Below, piece by piece: positions 47,056 through 59,433 of a stretch of DNA of 64,000 bases. The stretch spans positions 4,960,001-5,024,000 of the forward strand of contig OU015568.1 of assembly GCA_907165135.1 (NCBI GenBank), read 5' to 3'. The stretch's first letter is position 1; every line of letters starts with the position of its first letter. Below the pieces are notes generated by a model. It did no database searches, was not told the origin of the DNA, and saw nothing but the letters and a program-made list of their open reading frames with translations. The stretch comes from Oikopleura dioica (Eukaryota; Animalia; Chordata). A program made the position numbers and the translations under genes.

Positions 47056-48616
47056 CTAGAGAGAGATGATTTTTTCATTTTCATCAAGTGCGACGTCGAT
47101 AATTTTGACTTCGGGGATGATCGTGGCTTTTCGGCTTCCAGAAGTGACCTTTCCGATTATCCAGATATCGTGACCGTTGGCCGCTTTCAACTCAGCGACG
47201 TATTTATCCGCCTCATTCGGGTCGATGGCGAGGAGAAGTCCGCCAGATGTCTCGGCAGAATAACCCTGAAAATCAAGTCTTTCTGTGTCAAAATCACGAT
47301 CACAACCTTGACAAGTTGGAACATTCTTCCCATGCCATCATCAGCTTTGGCGATTTTATTTAGAATCGGCAGTTTTTCAATGATAAAATCAAGCTCTTCT
47401 TCTTGACATTCGACTAAATTCTGAGCATGACCCAGAATTCCAAATCCAGTAACATCTGTCGCCGCATGCGCCTAGAAACTTTACAAAAAGATCAACATAA
47501 AACCTTCACCTTATATTTTCGCATAAGACTCGATGCTTTTCGATTGAGGGTCATCATTGAAACGGTCGCCGCATCGTATCCCTTTCGTACATCTTCATCA
47601 TTCATTCCTGTCGGCTTCAATTTGTCAGTGTCTTCATCGTCGAGCCACTGGTTCAAGTTGACAGCGATTTGGGTTCCAAGGGGCTTGGTGAGGATCAGAA
47701 GATCGCCGGGTTTAGCACCGTTTGGCAGGACGAAATTATCTTTTGAGAGAACTTTCAAGCGTTTTGAAAATAGGAAATATTTTTAAGAAAAAGACAACCA
47801 ATAAAATGTTTTCTAAGACTTAAAAGAGCTCTGATTGTGAAGGCTTGCCACAAGAGGGTCGGTACAAAGATAATGCCACATTTCTACAGAATGGAAACCT
47901 TCAGAAATTAAATGATTACGTCCAATAATGAATAGAATTATGGTTTCTCAAAACACGAGCCTGAAGTAGCACAACCTCCAAGAAGCACCCAGGGATTTCT
48001 GGTCGTTTGCCCTCCTCTAACTTGAGTTCCAGCGGCGAAACAGCAGTCCCTGAAGCCCGACATAATCTGTGGCAGAACTGCGTCCTCCTGTTTCGTAGTG
48101 AATTTGGTGGAAGTTGACAGGAGCATCAATACATTATCTGAGAGCAAAATTAAAAGAGAAAGCGTGATATCATCATCTTTACCGATTCGAGAGACGCCCA
48201 TCGCATACAAATCAGAAATAACATTGTTGCAGGCGATCCAGCCCATTTTGTACGGGTCGTTAATCAACGGATAAAAGTAGTCAGTAGTTTGGACGAGGAA
48301 TAAATCGGATTCTGGAATCGGCTGGACGCAACAATCCAGTCCGATTCCTATCTCTTCAGTTTTTATTGGCGCGTTTTTGTGACTACAGCCGTTTTCTTTT
48401 TCTGGCTTCGATGGTGCATTCGCGGGGGCGGAAAGGTTCGACAGGAGTTTGAGCAGTTTCTCCTGTGGAACCTTGCATCCTATTCAAAGAAATTTTCATC
48501 CTGCTTTTAATGGGCTTTTACGTACCTCACCCTTTTAACCCGGTGAAATTGATCAATCTGAAATCTTTCTCCAACCCGTTTTCCTCCGGCTTCCAAACAT
48601 CCTTTACGCTTCCCAT
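47056..48616 (-). CDS. SEPHS2: Selenophosphate synthetase 2 (selenoprotein, Sec at residue 30)
   Basis: DFRLINFTGLKG-TGA-GCKVPQ (TGA 48529-48527; 46-nt intron 48480-48525); QTTDYFYP, NVISDLYAMG, GGQT, LILTKPLGTQ. Confidence 0.93.
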
Positions 48617-48660
48617 TTTCTACAAATCCCTTTTTTACAAGTTTTCTACATGAGCTAGTG

Positions 48661-48763
48661 GCTCGGCAACCTGTGCAGAAACCTGAGTCAGGGTTATGAA
48701 AAAAGCCGCGCAATGAAAAGGCCTCTGACATCCCGACTCAGGATTCTACACAGGTTTTTGAGC
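48661..48763 (+). ncRNA. Structured hairpin family, copy B
   Basis: GCTCGGCAACCTGTGCAGAAACCTGAGTCAGGG pairs with CCCGACTCAGGATTCTACACAGGTTTTTGAGC. Confidence 0.55.
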
Positions 48764-48962
48764 ATAGCAACGCTTAGAATTCTAGTTTTAATTCAGTATT
48801 TGAAGGTGAAGAAAAATGGACAATTCGTAGATATGAGTCGAGAGAGAATAAAAACATGAGTGAAAGAGGATTTTTGTTTTTTTGAATGTTTGTTTAATAA
48901 AATAAGTTAAGGAATATTCAAATACAGGATGAAGAAAAATGTCGAAAATGAATAATTTTCAA

Positions 48963-51703
48963 TTACAGTTCTTCGTTTTTGAAATTTGAACTGCTGGGAA
49001 TGTTTGAAGAAGAAAGATCGCTCCGAAGATGACGCACTTCTTCGATAAGCTTCAGTAGAAGCTCTTCAACTCTGTTTTCGCTAAAAGAAGGATGAAAGGA
49101 GGCGGAGAGGTTGATTCTCTTACTTTTGCTGAGCAGAAACTGGTGGAGGAACAATCGTCCTCGTTTCCAACTGATTGAGCCGCGCGTTGAAGCTCCAGGA
49201 TGTGTACAAGAGGATTCCGATGACAAAGAAGAAGAGAAAGATGGCCCAGTGTTGGATCGCCCCAGAATGGTCGATTCCACGCGGGTAGGAGAGGTTCGGC
49301 ACATGGGGAGGCGTAGTCACGGCTTCGGGCAGCGGCTCTGGCTCGTCTGGATTTGGGGTTGCTTTTTTAACTAGAAAACTGTAGGGAAAAGAAGATAAAG
49401 GGCCGTTTTTACCTGAGATCTTTGTTCCATTTCGTTCTCGTTGCGTTTCATCAGTCAAATCATCCAGCGTCGGACTGGGATGAACCGACCCAGATTCGAT
49501 GAAACGATTAAGCTCGTCTCTGAAGCCCTCCATGAACTCTTGATTCCCTTCGTACGCATTTTTGTCGATGAATGTTTTCACCACCTGCCAGCAGGCTTTA
49601 TCATATCTACAAAGAAATATGAGTGGGAGAAATTTAAAGAGGCTTTCTTACACAATTTGCGTGGCAACACGAACTCGGCATCGATTATTTTCCGCTTTTA
49701 GGAATTGCCAGCGATTCAGGACGTGGAAATTCGGTCCATACGGTACCTAGAAGCATTGTTTCCTGGGATAAATAAAGGAAGACCTACCTCTCGTATATAA
49801 GTTCTAGCATCAATAACTATCTTTCTCCCGCTTTCATTCACAATCATCGTATGATTATCGACTTGTGGAACATCTTTTGCGCCCATTGGCAATTGAACAT
49901 GCTAAGAAAACTGCTCAATTCACGCTTTTTTGCTCTCCTTTACCTGTAGACATCTGCATTCTCGCTGATATTCGCCATCCTTTTCACTCCATTCTTCTGC
50001 GTACCAATTTTTCGTCTTTCTTACTGTCATGAATTTCTTCCAAAATGGCGAGTCCGTCAACCAAACGAGCGAGAATAGTGTATCGATGGGGATCGGGAAG
50101 ACGACGTCGAGGAAACATTTCGAGAGCTTGTCCTCATGATGCAGCGATGGAGGCTCCAGATTTTCTGAAAGACAATTGATGATTTGCAGATAAAAAAACC
50201 ATTATAACAAGGCAACGTAGCAAACCATTATAAGATCCTTCAGGGTCACCGCGAGCCATGGAATTTTTAAATTGTTCATATCTATTTTTTAACTCTTGCC
50301 TCCTCTTCATCTCTTTTTCTATTCTAATCTAGCTGTAAGTGATCAAAATTTGAATTGAAAATAAATGCTCTAGAAAAGTGAAAAGTCATACCTTCTGAAT
50401 TGTTGCTCGCCTGCGAGATGCGATCTCCATCATCGTCATCGTGCTGTGGTGGCAGTTCTTCGTTCTCTTGGCTCGCCATTTCGATGTTCTTGTTCTCTCG
50501 GTTTTGCTTTGATTCAATTAATTATTGATTTTCGGAACGGCCGAGAAAGTAAGATTGGTGCATATAAACCCCGCTCAGAATATTTTATTTAGATAGATTT
50601 CTTTATATTCATCAGAGATACTCGCTAATGGGCTTTTAACCCAGAAAAAGGATTCACTATCCAGACTCAATGTTAACTTTATTATCAACCCAACGCGTTC
50701 GAGTCTATTTTTACGACAAAAAGGCTTACCTTGAACCTCCAGAATTTCGTGAAAATGTGAAGCGCACGATCTCTGGCAGTAAATGACGTAAAGATGTATT
50801 TGTTCTGATGACAAACAACTTTTTCTAAGGATCCAAAATTGCCCTTCAAGTTGTGATTTAAGAAATTTGATTTTTTAATCTCAGTTGTGAAAATATAAAA
50901 CGAGATTTGCTCACTGAGCAGGGCGGAAATACGTTTGATTGGCCGTTTTAAGATAATTATTTGAAGAGCGATGAAAATTAAGGATCCGGGCCTGAGATGG
51001 CGTTTGGGATGATTTTGATGGTCTTCTCTTTTGAAATGCTGGTGATATCAGTGAAAGGTATCACGGCGCTTGTTTCCCAGCGGAGGATATTGGAATGGAA
51101 ACAGCAGTAATTCGGGGTGAGGAAAAGACGGCCTTGGACCAGGATGTCTCGGACAAGAGCGCAGCTAAAAAATGAAATCAAGGAGAAAAATAAGGCTCGA
51201 ATCTCACCTGAAGTCGGCAATAAGAGGCTCGTTTTCGGGGATCTCTTCTTTGAAAAATTTCAAAAACTCGCTCTGTCGTTTTCCAACTGTTCGCGGCGCG
51301 AGGACCTTTAGGAGACCTTTTTTCGACGATGACTTGTCGGGACGTCGGGTAAGCTCAGGCGTCTCAGCGCGCGCGTTCGACCCGCTGCCTCGTGAAACGC
51401 CGCCACCTGATTGTCCTCCCTCCGGTACTGTCAAGTTTGAACCTTGTTCCCTAAAAGAAGAGAGGTAATTTTGTTTTGGCGAGACTTTGGGGAGCTTTGG
51501 GGTTTATGAAGGGGGTCAAACCTTTGTTCATCTTTCTCATCATCACTTCCATCGGACGGATTAGAGGATAAGTCCACATAGACATTATTTTCAAAACGCA
51601 AGAGATCAAAAATTTGGTCTGAATTGGGCATAATTCGTTCTCTTTTTTTTTCGTTCTTTGCGGTCAAAAGCCCATTAGAAGCGCGAAAAAAGAAAAGAGT
51701 CAA
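48963..51703 (-). CDS. GRAM domain / VASt (Aster, GRAMD1-like) lipid transfer protein, multi-exon
   Basis: FSCALVRDILVQGRLFLTPNYCCFHSNILRWET...KEKT..IPNAI; KTFIDKNAYEG; C-terminal TM plus coiled coil. Confidence 0.85.
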
Positions 51704-52998
51704 CTTTCAATGTCAGAATAATGTACTCAGGGGAGACGTTTTTGGGATTGTTTCGCCTCTCTCTTTCTCTCTATCCCAACTGTTCTGGGGAAATATCGAT
51801 CTCTAGTCGTTCATTATACATTTGGGCTGACTCTTTCTCTTAGATTAAACGCCACCCCGCATAATGAAGATTATGAGATAGATTCTTTTTTCAGAAGAGT
51901 CTTTTTGTCAGAAGGATTAATTTTTGATTGATGAAAGATATTTTTTGAGCTCTAGCCTGCGTTGAGTTGGGATAGGATCTTTATTTGAAGTTACCAAGGG
52001 ATTAGTTAGTTTTTATAAATTTCTAAAGTATAAGTTTTAGAAGTATTTACTTCCACAAATAGAAATTCTACTACTTTGAGTGACCAAGTAGAACGACTTT
52101 ATCAAAATACACCAGTCTAATCGAATGTAAGTCATGAAATAAATACATTAAGTTAAGGTAAAAAGTAGATTTATGGTTGAGAAACCCTTACTTCGTTATA
52201 CAGCTTATCAATCTTAGATTTACAACTGTCACTTGTCAATCTGAAATTAGGAGTCTTTATTTCTAATTGGACAAAAACGGTAGACTTTCAAGGGTAAATT
52301 TAATTTTTTAAAAAAATATTTCCAACCTTTCGGAAGTTCAACTAAAACAGTAAGATATCATTTCTCTGTTTTCATTAATTCTTAAGCCTCTGTAACTCTC
52401 CTTTTTTGTAGACATTACACCCTCTTTGTATCAGTACTGGGCCTATTAGTAGTACTGGCCGATTGATTAACAATGTGCGAAACGAGCATCGAAAAAAATC
52501 GAACTTCACAGACCGGGCGAAGGCTTGTTTGTAAAATTACGAAACGAGCTAGGTAAATATCATATTGTCTCTTTCTCTCTTTCTTAAATATTTAGGAACC
52601 GTCTGGAACGATAGGGGAACACCCTGGAACACGCCTTAGTTTATTTTAGGAATTGCCTTTTGAGTATTTTTTCATTATTCTGATATGGTCATGATGATGA
52701 TGAGAAAGGGTCTATTCAGAAGGACAATAAATGAACGGGAAATAACTGTATATTTAAACAATAGATAAGGTAACTTTCAGAGAAGCGAAAGTGACTTACG
52801 AGTTGATGAATTCTCCTTCAGCCATTCGTCTTCAAAAGAACCTCTTTCAACTCTTTTTTTCTTTTCAATTTTTTGGAATAACGAGTTTTTACATCCTCTC
52901 TTCGTTGATTTCAAAATCGATTGGGTCTGAACAGTTTTTCTAAGAGAAAAGTTGTTTTATTTTGATAATTGGCAGGAAGTATCTATTAAAAATGATGT

Positions 52999-53740
52999 TC
53001 AGTCGAGAGAAACGGAAGCTTTATCTTTGAAGACATTTTTGCGGTAATGCTTGAGCTCCTCTATCGACTCGTAAATATCGTATTTCGCCGTGTGAGCTCC
53101 TCCAACTCCAGTCTGAAGGTAACAGTATTTGACCTTTTCAGCGGCTTATGGTTAAGACCTTTCTGTCTTTGTTGCGTTCCGGGAGGCCAGGATACCATCG
53201 TTTTGCGAGCTCTTTGATGCTCGAAACATCAATGATTCTGTAATGAAGTTCCTTGACCGATTTTGGCAGCTCTTTGCACATAAATTGGCGATCCGCGTGG
53301 ACAGAGTTTCCGGCAAGCGGCGCTTTCGGACAATTTTTTCGAATGAAATCGGCGAGGATTTCGTCTCCTTCTTCGTGCGTCAAATCGCTATCCCTACAAA
53401 TCAATTTTCAATTGTGCTTATTTCTATCTCCATCTTACTTGCACTTTTGCGTTAATCCACTCTCGCCATGCGTTTTTCTGCACCACGGCCCCATTTTCTT
53501 CAGCTGCTTATTCGTCATTGCAAACACCAGCTCTGGCCCTTCTGCTACTACGTTCAACTCTCCATCAGTAACGACACAGGCTATTTCCATGATTGAATCT
53601 TTTCCGAGAACATCGAGACCGGTCATTTCGGCATCCAGCCAGAAGATCCGGTCGGGAAAAGGCCGACCTTCTGTCATTCTACGGATACATATGCTTGAAG
53701 CTCGAAACGATTGTAAAAAGGGAAAAAATGCACGCAGCAT
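52999..53740 (-). CDS. REXO2: Oligoribonuclease (DEDDh)
   Basis: WLDAEMTGLD, PLAGNSVHADR, LHYRIIDVSSIKELAKRWYP, HTAKYDIYESIEEL. Confidence 0.92.
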
Positions 53741-53781
53741 TCTACAATAAAAACCAAGCAAATTTCAGCATTTTTGGTTGT

Positions 53782-54636
53782 TTATTCGTTGGACAGTAAA
53801 AATCTCACTTTTCCTTCGTTTCTTATTCCATAATCTATCGAATACTCGTCGCCTATCGACTTCATGTCGATATAAATTTCATACAAATATCCAGCCTGCG
53901 CATCCAAGAACGCGTCCATCATTCTGTTCGTCGACGGTGGCAGGATCTTTCGGAATGTGGCGGGTGATAGAATCTCTCCCGTGAGAGAGGCTCTTTGTTT
54001 GATGATTTCAGCTCTTTCGACGAAAGTTAATCGCCAGGAAGGGGATTTTTTCGGACGACAGTTTTGCAAAAATCGACCCTAGAACATTCAACAGTCGAAA
54101 CAATGCCCGGTTCTACCTTTCGTCGAGCAATAACGGACGAGAATTCATATTCTAGCGATGCGTCTCCCTCGTCATAATCGTCCATAACAGTCGCCATATT
54201 TCGTTGATACTTGATCATATTTGACACTTTCGGATCCGCGAGAAAGTCGTCTTGAATCTGCTTTGCAAGCCTAAAAGCTCGTTACCGAAAAATGAAGTGA
54301 AGAAGACTTACTGGAGAGAAATCGTATGCGCTGGTGAACCAATTTCGAGTGAAAATTGACGAGATGTTTTGTCCTTTTCTCGATCATTTCCTGAAAAAAT
54401 CCACTAACAAAAACAATTAAAATTGTAAGGGTACCTTTGAAAAACGTAGGAGGTTTGCGAGCCCAGGCATTTTGCCTCAACTCGTGAATTAAATCGTAGA
54501 AAATACTGTCCAGCGCTGAATAGCCCGACTCTCCTGGCTGCAAGTTTCGAAGCTCGTCCAAAACGGTTAATTTCGCCTTCTGCTCTGCCAGCAATCCCGT
54601 CGATTTCTTCAGCTCAAGAGGGTTCTTTCTTACCAT
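53782..54636 (-). CDS. Unknown multi-exon protein (possibly a continuation of the thioredoxin-like gene)
   Basis: Exon fragments with GT/AG boundaries. Confidence 0.35.
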
Positions 54637-54690
54637 CGTTCTTTCTGTATGACTAGATGTGAGTTTTATGTTGAGGATTTAGGTCGTTTC

Positions 54691-55137
54691 CTACCTTATT
54701 CCAGCTCCGATATTATGCGCGATTGTCCGTAAAAGTTGTGTCTTTCGGTCCAAGTCCCAATTTTCGACGACTCCATACGGCTCAACCGGAAAAAACTTGA
54801 AATCGTTCATTCCGCTATCTTTTTTCTCAACTTTATCGAGTGGAAATTGGGCGTAAGTATTCAACGCTTCGAAGAGCGACTGAATTCCAGCAGTGTTCAT
54901 TCTTCCCGTTATTCTGAAGACTTCTTTTCGATTGACGAAGATGCAGTAGGTCGGGACAGCGTCGATCTTTAGATCGTCGACGATGTATGGATGATCCTCG
55001 ATGTCGACTGTCAAGTAGCGGACTTTGGGCTGCGCGCGCGAGAGGACTCCCATTTCCGAAGAGGCAAAGGAACATTGATTGCAGTACTTTGACACGCAGG
55101 TCAGGACGAGAGGCGATTCTGTTTGGAGAGTCATCAT
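54691..55137 (-). CDS. Thioredoxin-like domain protein
   Basis: CNQC motif; TVDI; IDAVPTYCIF (cis-Pro VPT). Confidence 0.7.
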   Translation of the reverse strand: MMTLQTESPLVLTCVSKYCNQCSFASSEMGVLSRAQPKVRYLTVDIEDHPYIVDDLKIDAVPTYCIFVNRKEVFRITGRMNTAGIQSLFEALNTYAQFPLDKVEKKDSGMNDFKFFPVEPYGVVENWDLDRKTQLLRTIAHNIGAGIR

Positions 55138-55352
55138 GAGATATTCCTCTTCTATTTGTGTTCGTTGATGATATGATCTGAAAAGTCAATTAACAATTGT
55201 ATCTGTACGTTTACAGTGATGTGACTAATTTTAACCATTTCGCATCATTTTGTAGGGCGACAAATAGGAACTCATATATTAATGAGGATTAATAACTTAT
55301 AACGAATTTATGGCGTTTCAAATAGCGGCAAGGGCCGCAGGTTCTTACTTAC

Positions 55353-55512
55353 AGTGGCGTTTGCGGTTGCCTCCCTATCCAAACGCGTCTAGAGAGGGAG
55401 GCAACGCGGGACGATTTCTGGTTCGATTTAATGCGCCCTTCTAGAAAAAGAGCGTCTGGATAGGGAGGCAACGAGGGACGCTCCAACAGGGAGGCAACCG
55501 CAAACGCCACTG
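55353..55512. mobile_element. Tc1/mariner-type MITE (160 bp)
   Basis: 25-bp perfect TIR CAGTGGCGTTTGCGGTTGCCTCCCT; TA target duplication; internal AGGGAGGCAAC repeats. Confidence 0.9.
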
Positions 55513-56381
55513 TACATTGTACTGTTTCCTTTTGTGACTTCGCTCAAATTATACGGCTTGTCCGAGAAGATCGCTTTATTCAACAAAACTGGCTTCCAAG
55601 TATCAGCTGTAAAAAGCCTTGTTTCAATTCTTTTTCTTACAAATCGACTTGTTTTTAACATTTTTCTTGTTTCCCGATTTCTGAAGAAAGCTTTGATTGA
55701 AAACATTTTGAAGCAGGTAGAAGTATTGAAGAATAAGAAAGGACAGTGAATGAACTCACGGAAAAAAAATGAGAGACATGCTACTGAAAAATACAGACAA
55801 GAATGTTGGCAGACATTTCTTTTAAAAAATAAATTGTACACAAGGAAAGAAACGGCATTTTTATGGCATCAAACTTCAGTTCCGGCAGACAAGAGCTTTT
55901 CAGTTTTTTCGATGATTGTCGCTAGAAATGAAATGAAGAGAGTCTTTCTTTGGGAGACTTACAGATAGCTTCAGGGTCAATGCATTCCTTGGTCAGCTCT
56001 TCGGGGCCTTTTTGGGTCAGATAAGTTCCAGATTTGATTGTCGAATCGCCACAAGCGGTGAGTCCAGGTCGAGCACCAGATTCTGGAGAATGCAGAATGA
56101 GTCGGCCTGTAAATGATTTATTCATGCCAATAAAAGCGTTTTCCCTTCCGCCGGTTACCAATTGTTGTTTGATGATGGTCATAAAAAACGTTTTGTTAGT
56201 AAAGTTAAGTGCCCTCCTGCAAAGTCAAAAAGTGCTGAGATTTTTCGAGAGAAGAAAAAGTTATTCAATCTGAAGGATGGAGTTTCTCCGCTCATTTTTT
56301 ACGCAGATGCTACAGGAATTTCGAGAATATGTTTATGATATTATTAAGAATCTTATAATTCAATAATCCTCGAAAAAGAGC

Positions 56382-56987
56382 ATGCTGACAAGCTTTTTCC
56401 CGGATATGACGACGTTGATAATTATTCTTCTAGGGATTTACTGCTTTTACAGTCGATTTCAAAATAGAAAAATGGAAGAGCAAATGAAGTTACTGAAAAC
56501 TGTCGAAAGTGAAGTGACAAAAGAGGAGATAAGGGGAAAGGAGAAAATAAAGAATCAAAATCTAATGCTTGCTGACAGTATATTTGCGCTGGTAAGTTGC
56601 AAATTTTCAAACAGATGTGAATACTACAATTTGTGTCAATACCTATTCAGATAAAATTCCTTGCATTGGTTTATCTGAGTATTGTTCTTTATGATTTCAA
56701 TAACAATTTGGTAAGTATTATTCTGAAAGACTGAGCTAGGTAAAAGACAAAAAACTTTAAATAATATATTAAAGGGATATGTTATTGTGGGCGCTCTTGT
56801 ATTCGTTATCGTAAAAGACAGTTGTGATAGACAAGAAATAAGGCGACGAGAAATTACCAGCCGAGTACAACTGGAGGCTTATAAGAAATTACTTGATCAT
56901 CAGCGAAAAATGGGTGAAATTGAGCATGAAAAACGATTGGCCATTGAAGAACGAAAGAAAGCGAAGAAAAAGTGTTGCATTCTATGA
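56382..56987 (+). CDS. Small membrane protein(s), multi-exon, unknown
   Basis: Hydrophobic segments followed by charged coiled-coil segments. Confidence 0.35.
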
Positions 56988-56989
56988 AT

Positions 56990-57856
56990 AATCTTTTTTC
57001 TTGAATAAACCATTCCTATTCCATGCCAAAAAGTGTTGACCATAACTTTGTGAAACCCACTCTTTCCAGCCATATGCCTCGCTAGGTCTGTTCTTACAAC
57101 ACCAGGAGATGTCAGGACGAAAGTAATATCAGGCATGGCAGCAGTCAGAGCAATCGCGCATTGATTCATCGCCATTTTCGACTGAGAATAAGCACTTACT
57201 CCACCTGATTTTTCGTAGTCAGGAGTTTTCTCAGGACTGTGGGAGAGATAGGGCAGGCTGTAATTGATGATAAACGTCTGTAAATGACAGTAAATCGCTC
57301 TTTCTTACCTTGGATCAGCATTTTTATACAAAGAAGACGTCGTAAAGACGACTTTTCCACCCTTCAAAACTTCCTGTAGCTCTTTGATGAGTACATAATG
57401 CGACAAGTAGTTGACTTGCATGTGCGTTTCAAATCCATCCTTTGTCAGTTGAAAGGGATGATGCATAACGCCGGCATTACACACAAGCACGCCGATTTTA
57501 TCGTTGTTCAGGGAGAGTTCATTTTTAATTTTGTCAGCCCAGTGGCGAACGCTTTCTTTACCGGATTTACTTATCGAAAGAAGGAAGCGACTTATCGACT
57601 CGTAAAGAACGAAATAAAAGACAGCTTGATTTTCTAGCATCTAAAATCCAGTTCCTAAGTCCGAAAGCTCGAGTCCATCTCTGACAGTTATTTTCGACGA
57701 AGGATCCGATCTGTGAATCTCCTTCAGAGCTGCCTCTCCTTTGACCTTGCTCCTGCAACCAAGAAAAACATAATGCTGCGCCTTCGCCAAGCCTCGCGCG
57801 ATTTCAAGCCCGATTCCAGACGATGCTCCAGTAATAAGAGCGATTTTGGAGGCCAT
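56990..57856 (-). CDS. Short-chain dehydrogenase/reductase (RDH11-14/WWOX-like)
   Basis: ITGASSGIG, LVCNAGVM, FETHMQVNYLSHY, AYSQSK. Confidence 0.88.
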
Positions 57857-58096
57857 GAAGGACTTACAGCAACAATTTATCTGTAATTTATTCAGTGACG
57901 ATTTTGAGCAGATTTTCTTTCAAAAGAAAGTTTTTTTAGAACATTGAAGGAGGGGATTTCCAAATAAAGAATTATCAAGGCAAATTGATTTAGACAAGGG
58001 AAAGATTCAATTTTCGAATTTTTAAATAGGAGCATCTTAGTATCGAATTTTCTGTCAAGTTTTGCACGAAAAATGAATAAGAAAGGTTGAAGTCCG

Positions 58097-58191
58097 GGCT
58101 CGGCAGCCTGTGAAGAAACCTGACACAGGGTCTTCCTTAAGCGTTGACGAGTTCAGGCCCTGACTCAGGTTTCTAGGCAGGTTGTTGGGCC
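58097..58191 (+). ncRNA. Structured hairpin family, copy C
   Basis: GGCTCGGCAGCCTG/CAGGTTGTTGGGCC (14 bp, 4 G-U); AGAAACCTGA/TCAGGTTTCT; CAGGG/CCCTG. Confidence 0.55.
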
Positions 58192-58949
58192 AAGATTGAA
58201 GGTTTTTAACGTCAAAAGAAACAAAAATTTTGTAGAGCATCAATTTCGGAAAAGGAAAAAGCAGTTACGGAACATGAAATAACTGAAAAGAAAATCAAAG
58301 AGCAATAATAAAGTAGGTTAAAGTATTGAGAGCGTGCATGTTTCAATCGGAGAAAAAAAGAGTTGAAATTTGAATTAGGATTCGGGCGTGAGCGGCGTAG
58401 GAACGACTGGTGCGGGACCACGAGGGACGGCGACGATTTCGTCCATGTTGATGTCTTTTTTGCGGCTCAATACTCCATATAATAAGAACTAGAATTATGA
58501 TAAAAAGGGGGTCAATTATTGAATCTTTTGGAGAAAAAAATCAATTGATTTTTTATCCCAAGTTTTTAGATGAATCGGATTTCGCGATATTCTTTTCATG
58601 GTTTAGCTTCTTTTTCTAGCGTTTTATCTTGTGTGCATAATCAAGGATGGCATGAATCACCGGTGAAGAAAAGAATTTAACCTGTCGTCGACTGAGATTT
58701 CTGGCTGAGGATCAAGAGGGTCAGGGTTGAAACCGTGTTGATATTCTGACGCATTGTAACCTTCACTTCCGAAAAAGAACTCAACAGGGTCAAAATGCCA
58801 CGAATCCTCGTCTTGAACTTCTTGTACTCGAAAAGAACCAGTATAAGAATCAAGGTCTGTATCGGAAAAGGGATCTGTTGGCTGAAAAGCCGCTCCTGGA
58901 GTCTCGCTAGAGGTGTAATCAACATCGCTGGTGGCGTATATTTTTGGAT

Positions 58950-59433
58950 TCATCGTTCCGTCCATGCCGTTTGTCCCGTAGTCCAGACCCTTAAGCACCT
59001 TCTAGTTACGAAATTAAACGACAGAAATGAACGTACGAAGTTGTATCGTCGGAAATAATCGACAAAGATCATGAAGCAGCCGATCATGATAGCCATTGAA
59101 GCGACGTGACGAGCGCGCTGCGAGATGATTCTAGCGTGCAGGTAGTCGCCTCGTTGGAACAGGATCCCAACCTAGAAGGAGCTGAAAGGGGATTGAGGGA
59201 GACGAGTTTCAAACCTGGCAAGAAAGGAGCGTGGCGAGAACACCAAGAGGAAAGCAGCAGAAAATCATGGAGCAGATCGAAAGAAGGAGATAGTTTTCGA
59301 TTTTTTCTGGTTGCTCAGGGCTTGCCTCGGTAGAAAGCTGAAAGAGTGATAAAAAGGAGGAAGAATGAGGGGTCATTTGAGGAAGACTTTGGAAACGACG
59401 AGCCTCTTTATAGTACCTGAACGCGGGTAGCAT
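58950..59433 (-). CDS. CD225/dispanin family membrane protein
   Basis: NYLLLSICSMIFCCFPLGVLATLLSCQV ... GDYLHARIISQRARHVASMAIMIG. Confidence 0.7.

Noticed and set aside
46582-58191. Hairpin family as SECIS elements, tRNA or H/ACA snoRNAs
   Set aside because: No AUGA/GA quartet and wrong strand for SECIS; no cloverleaf; an ANANNA box follows only one copy.
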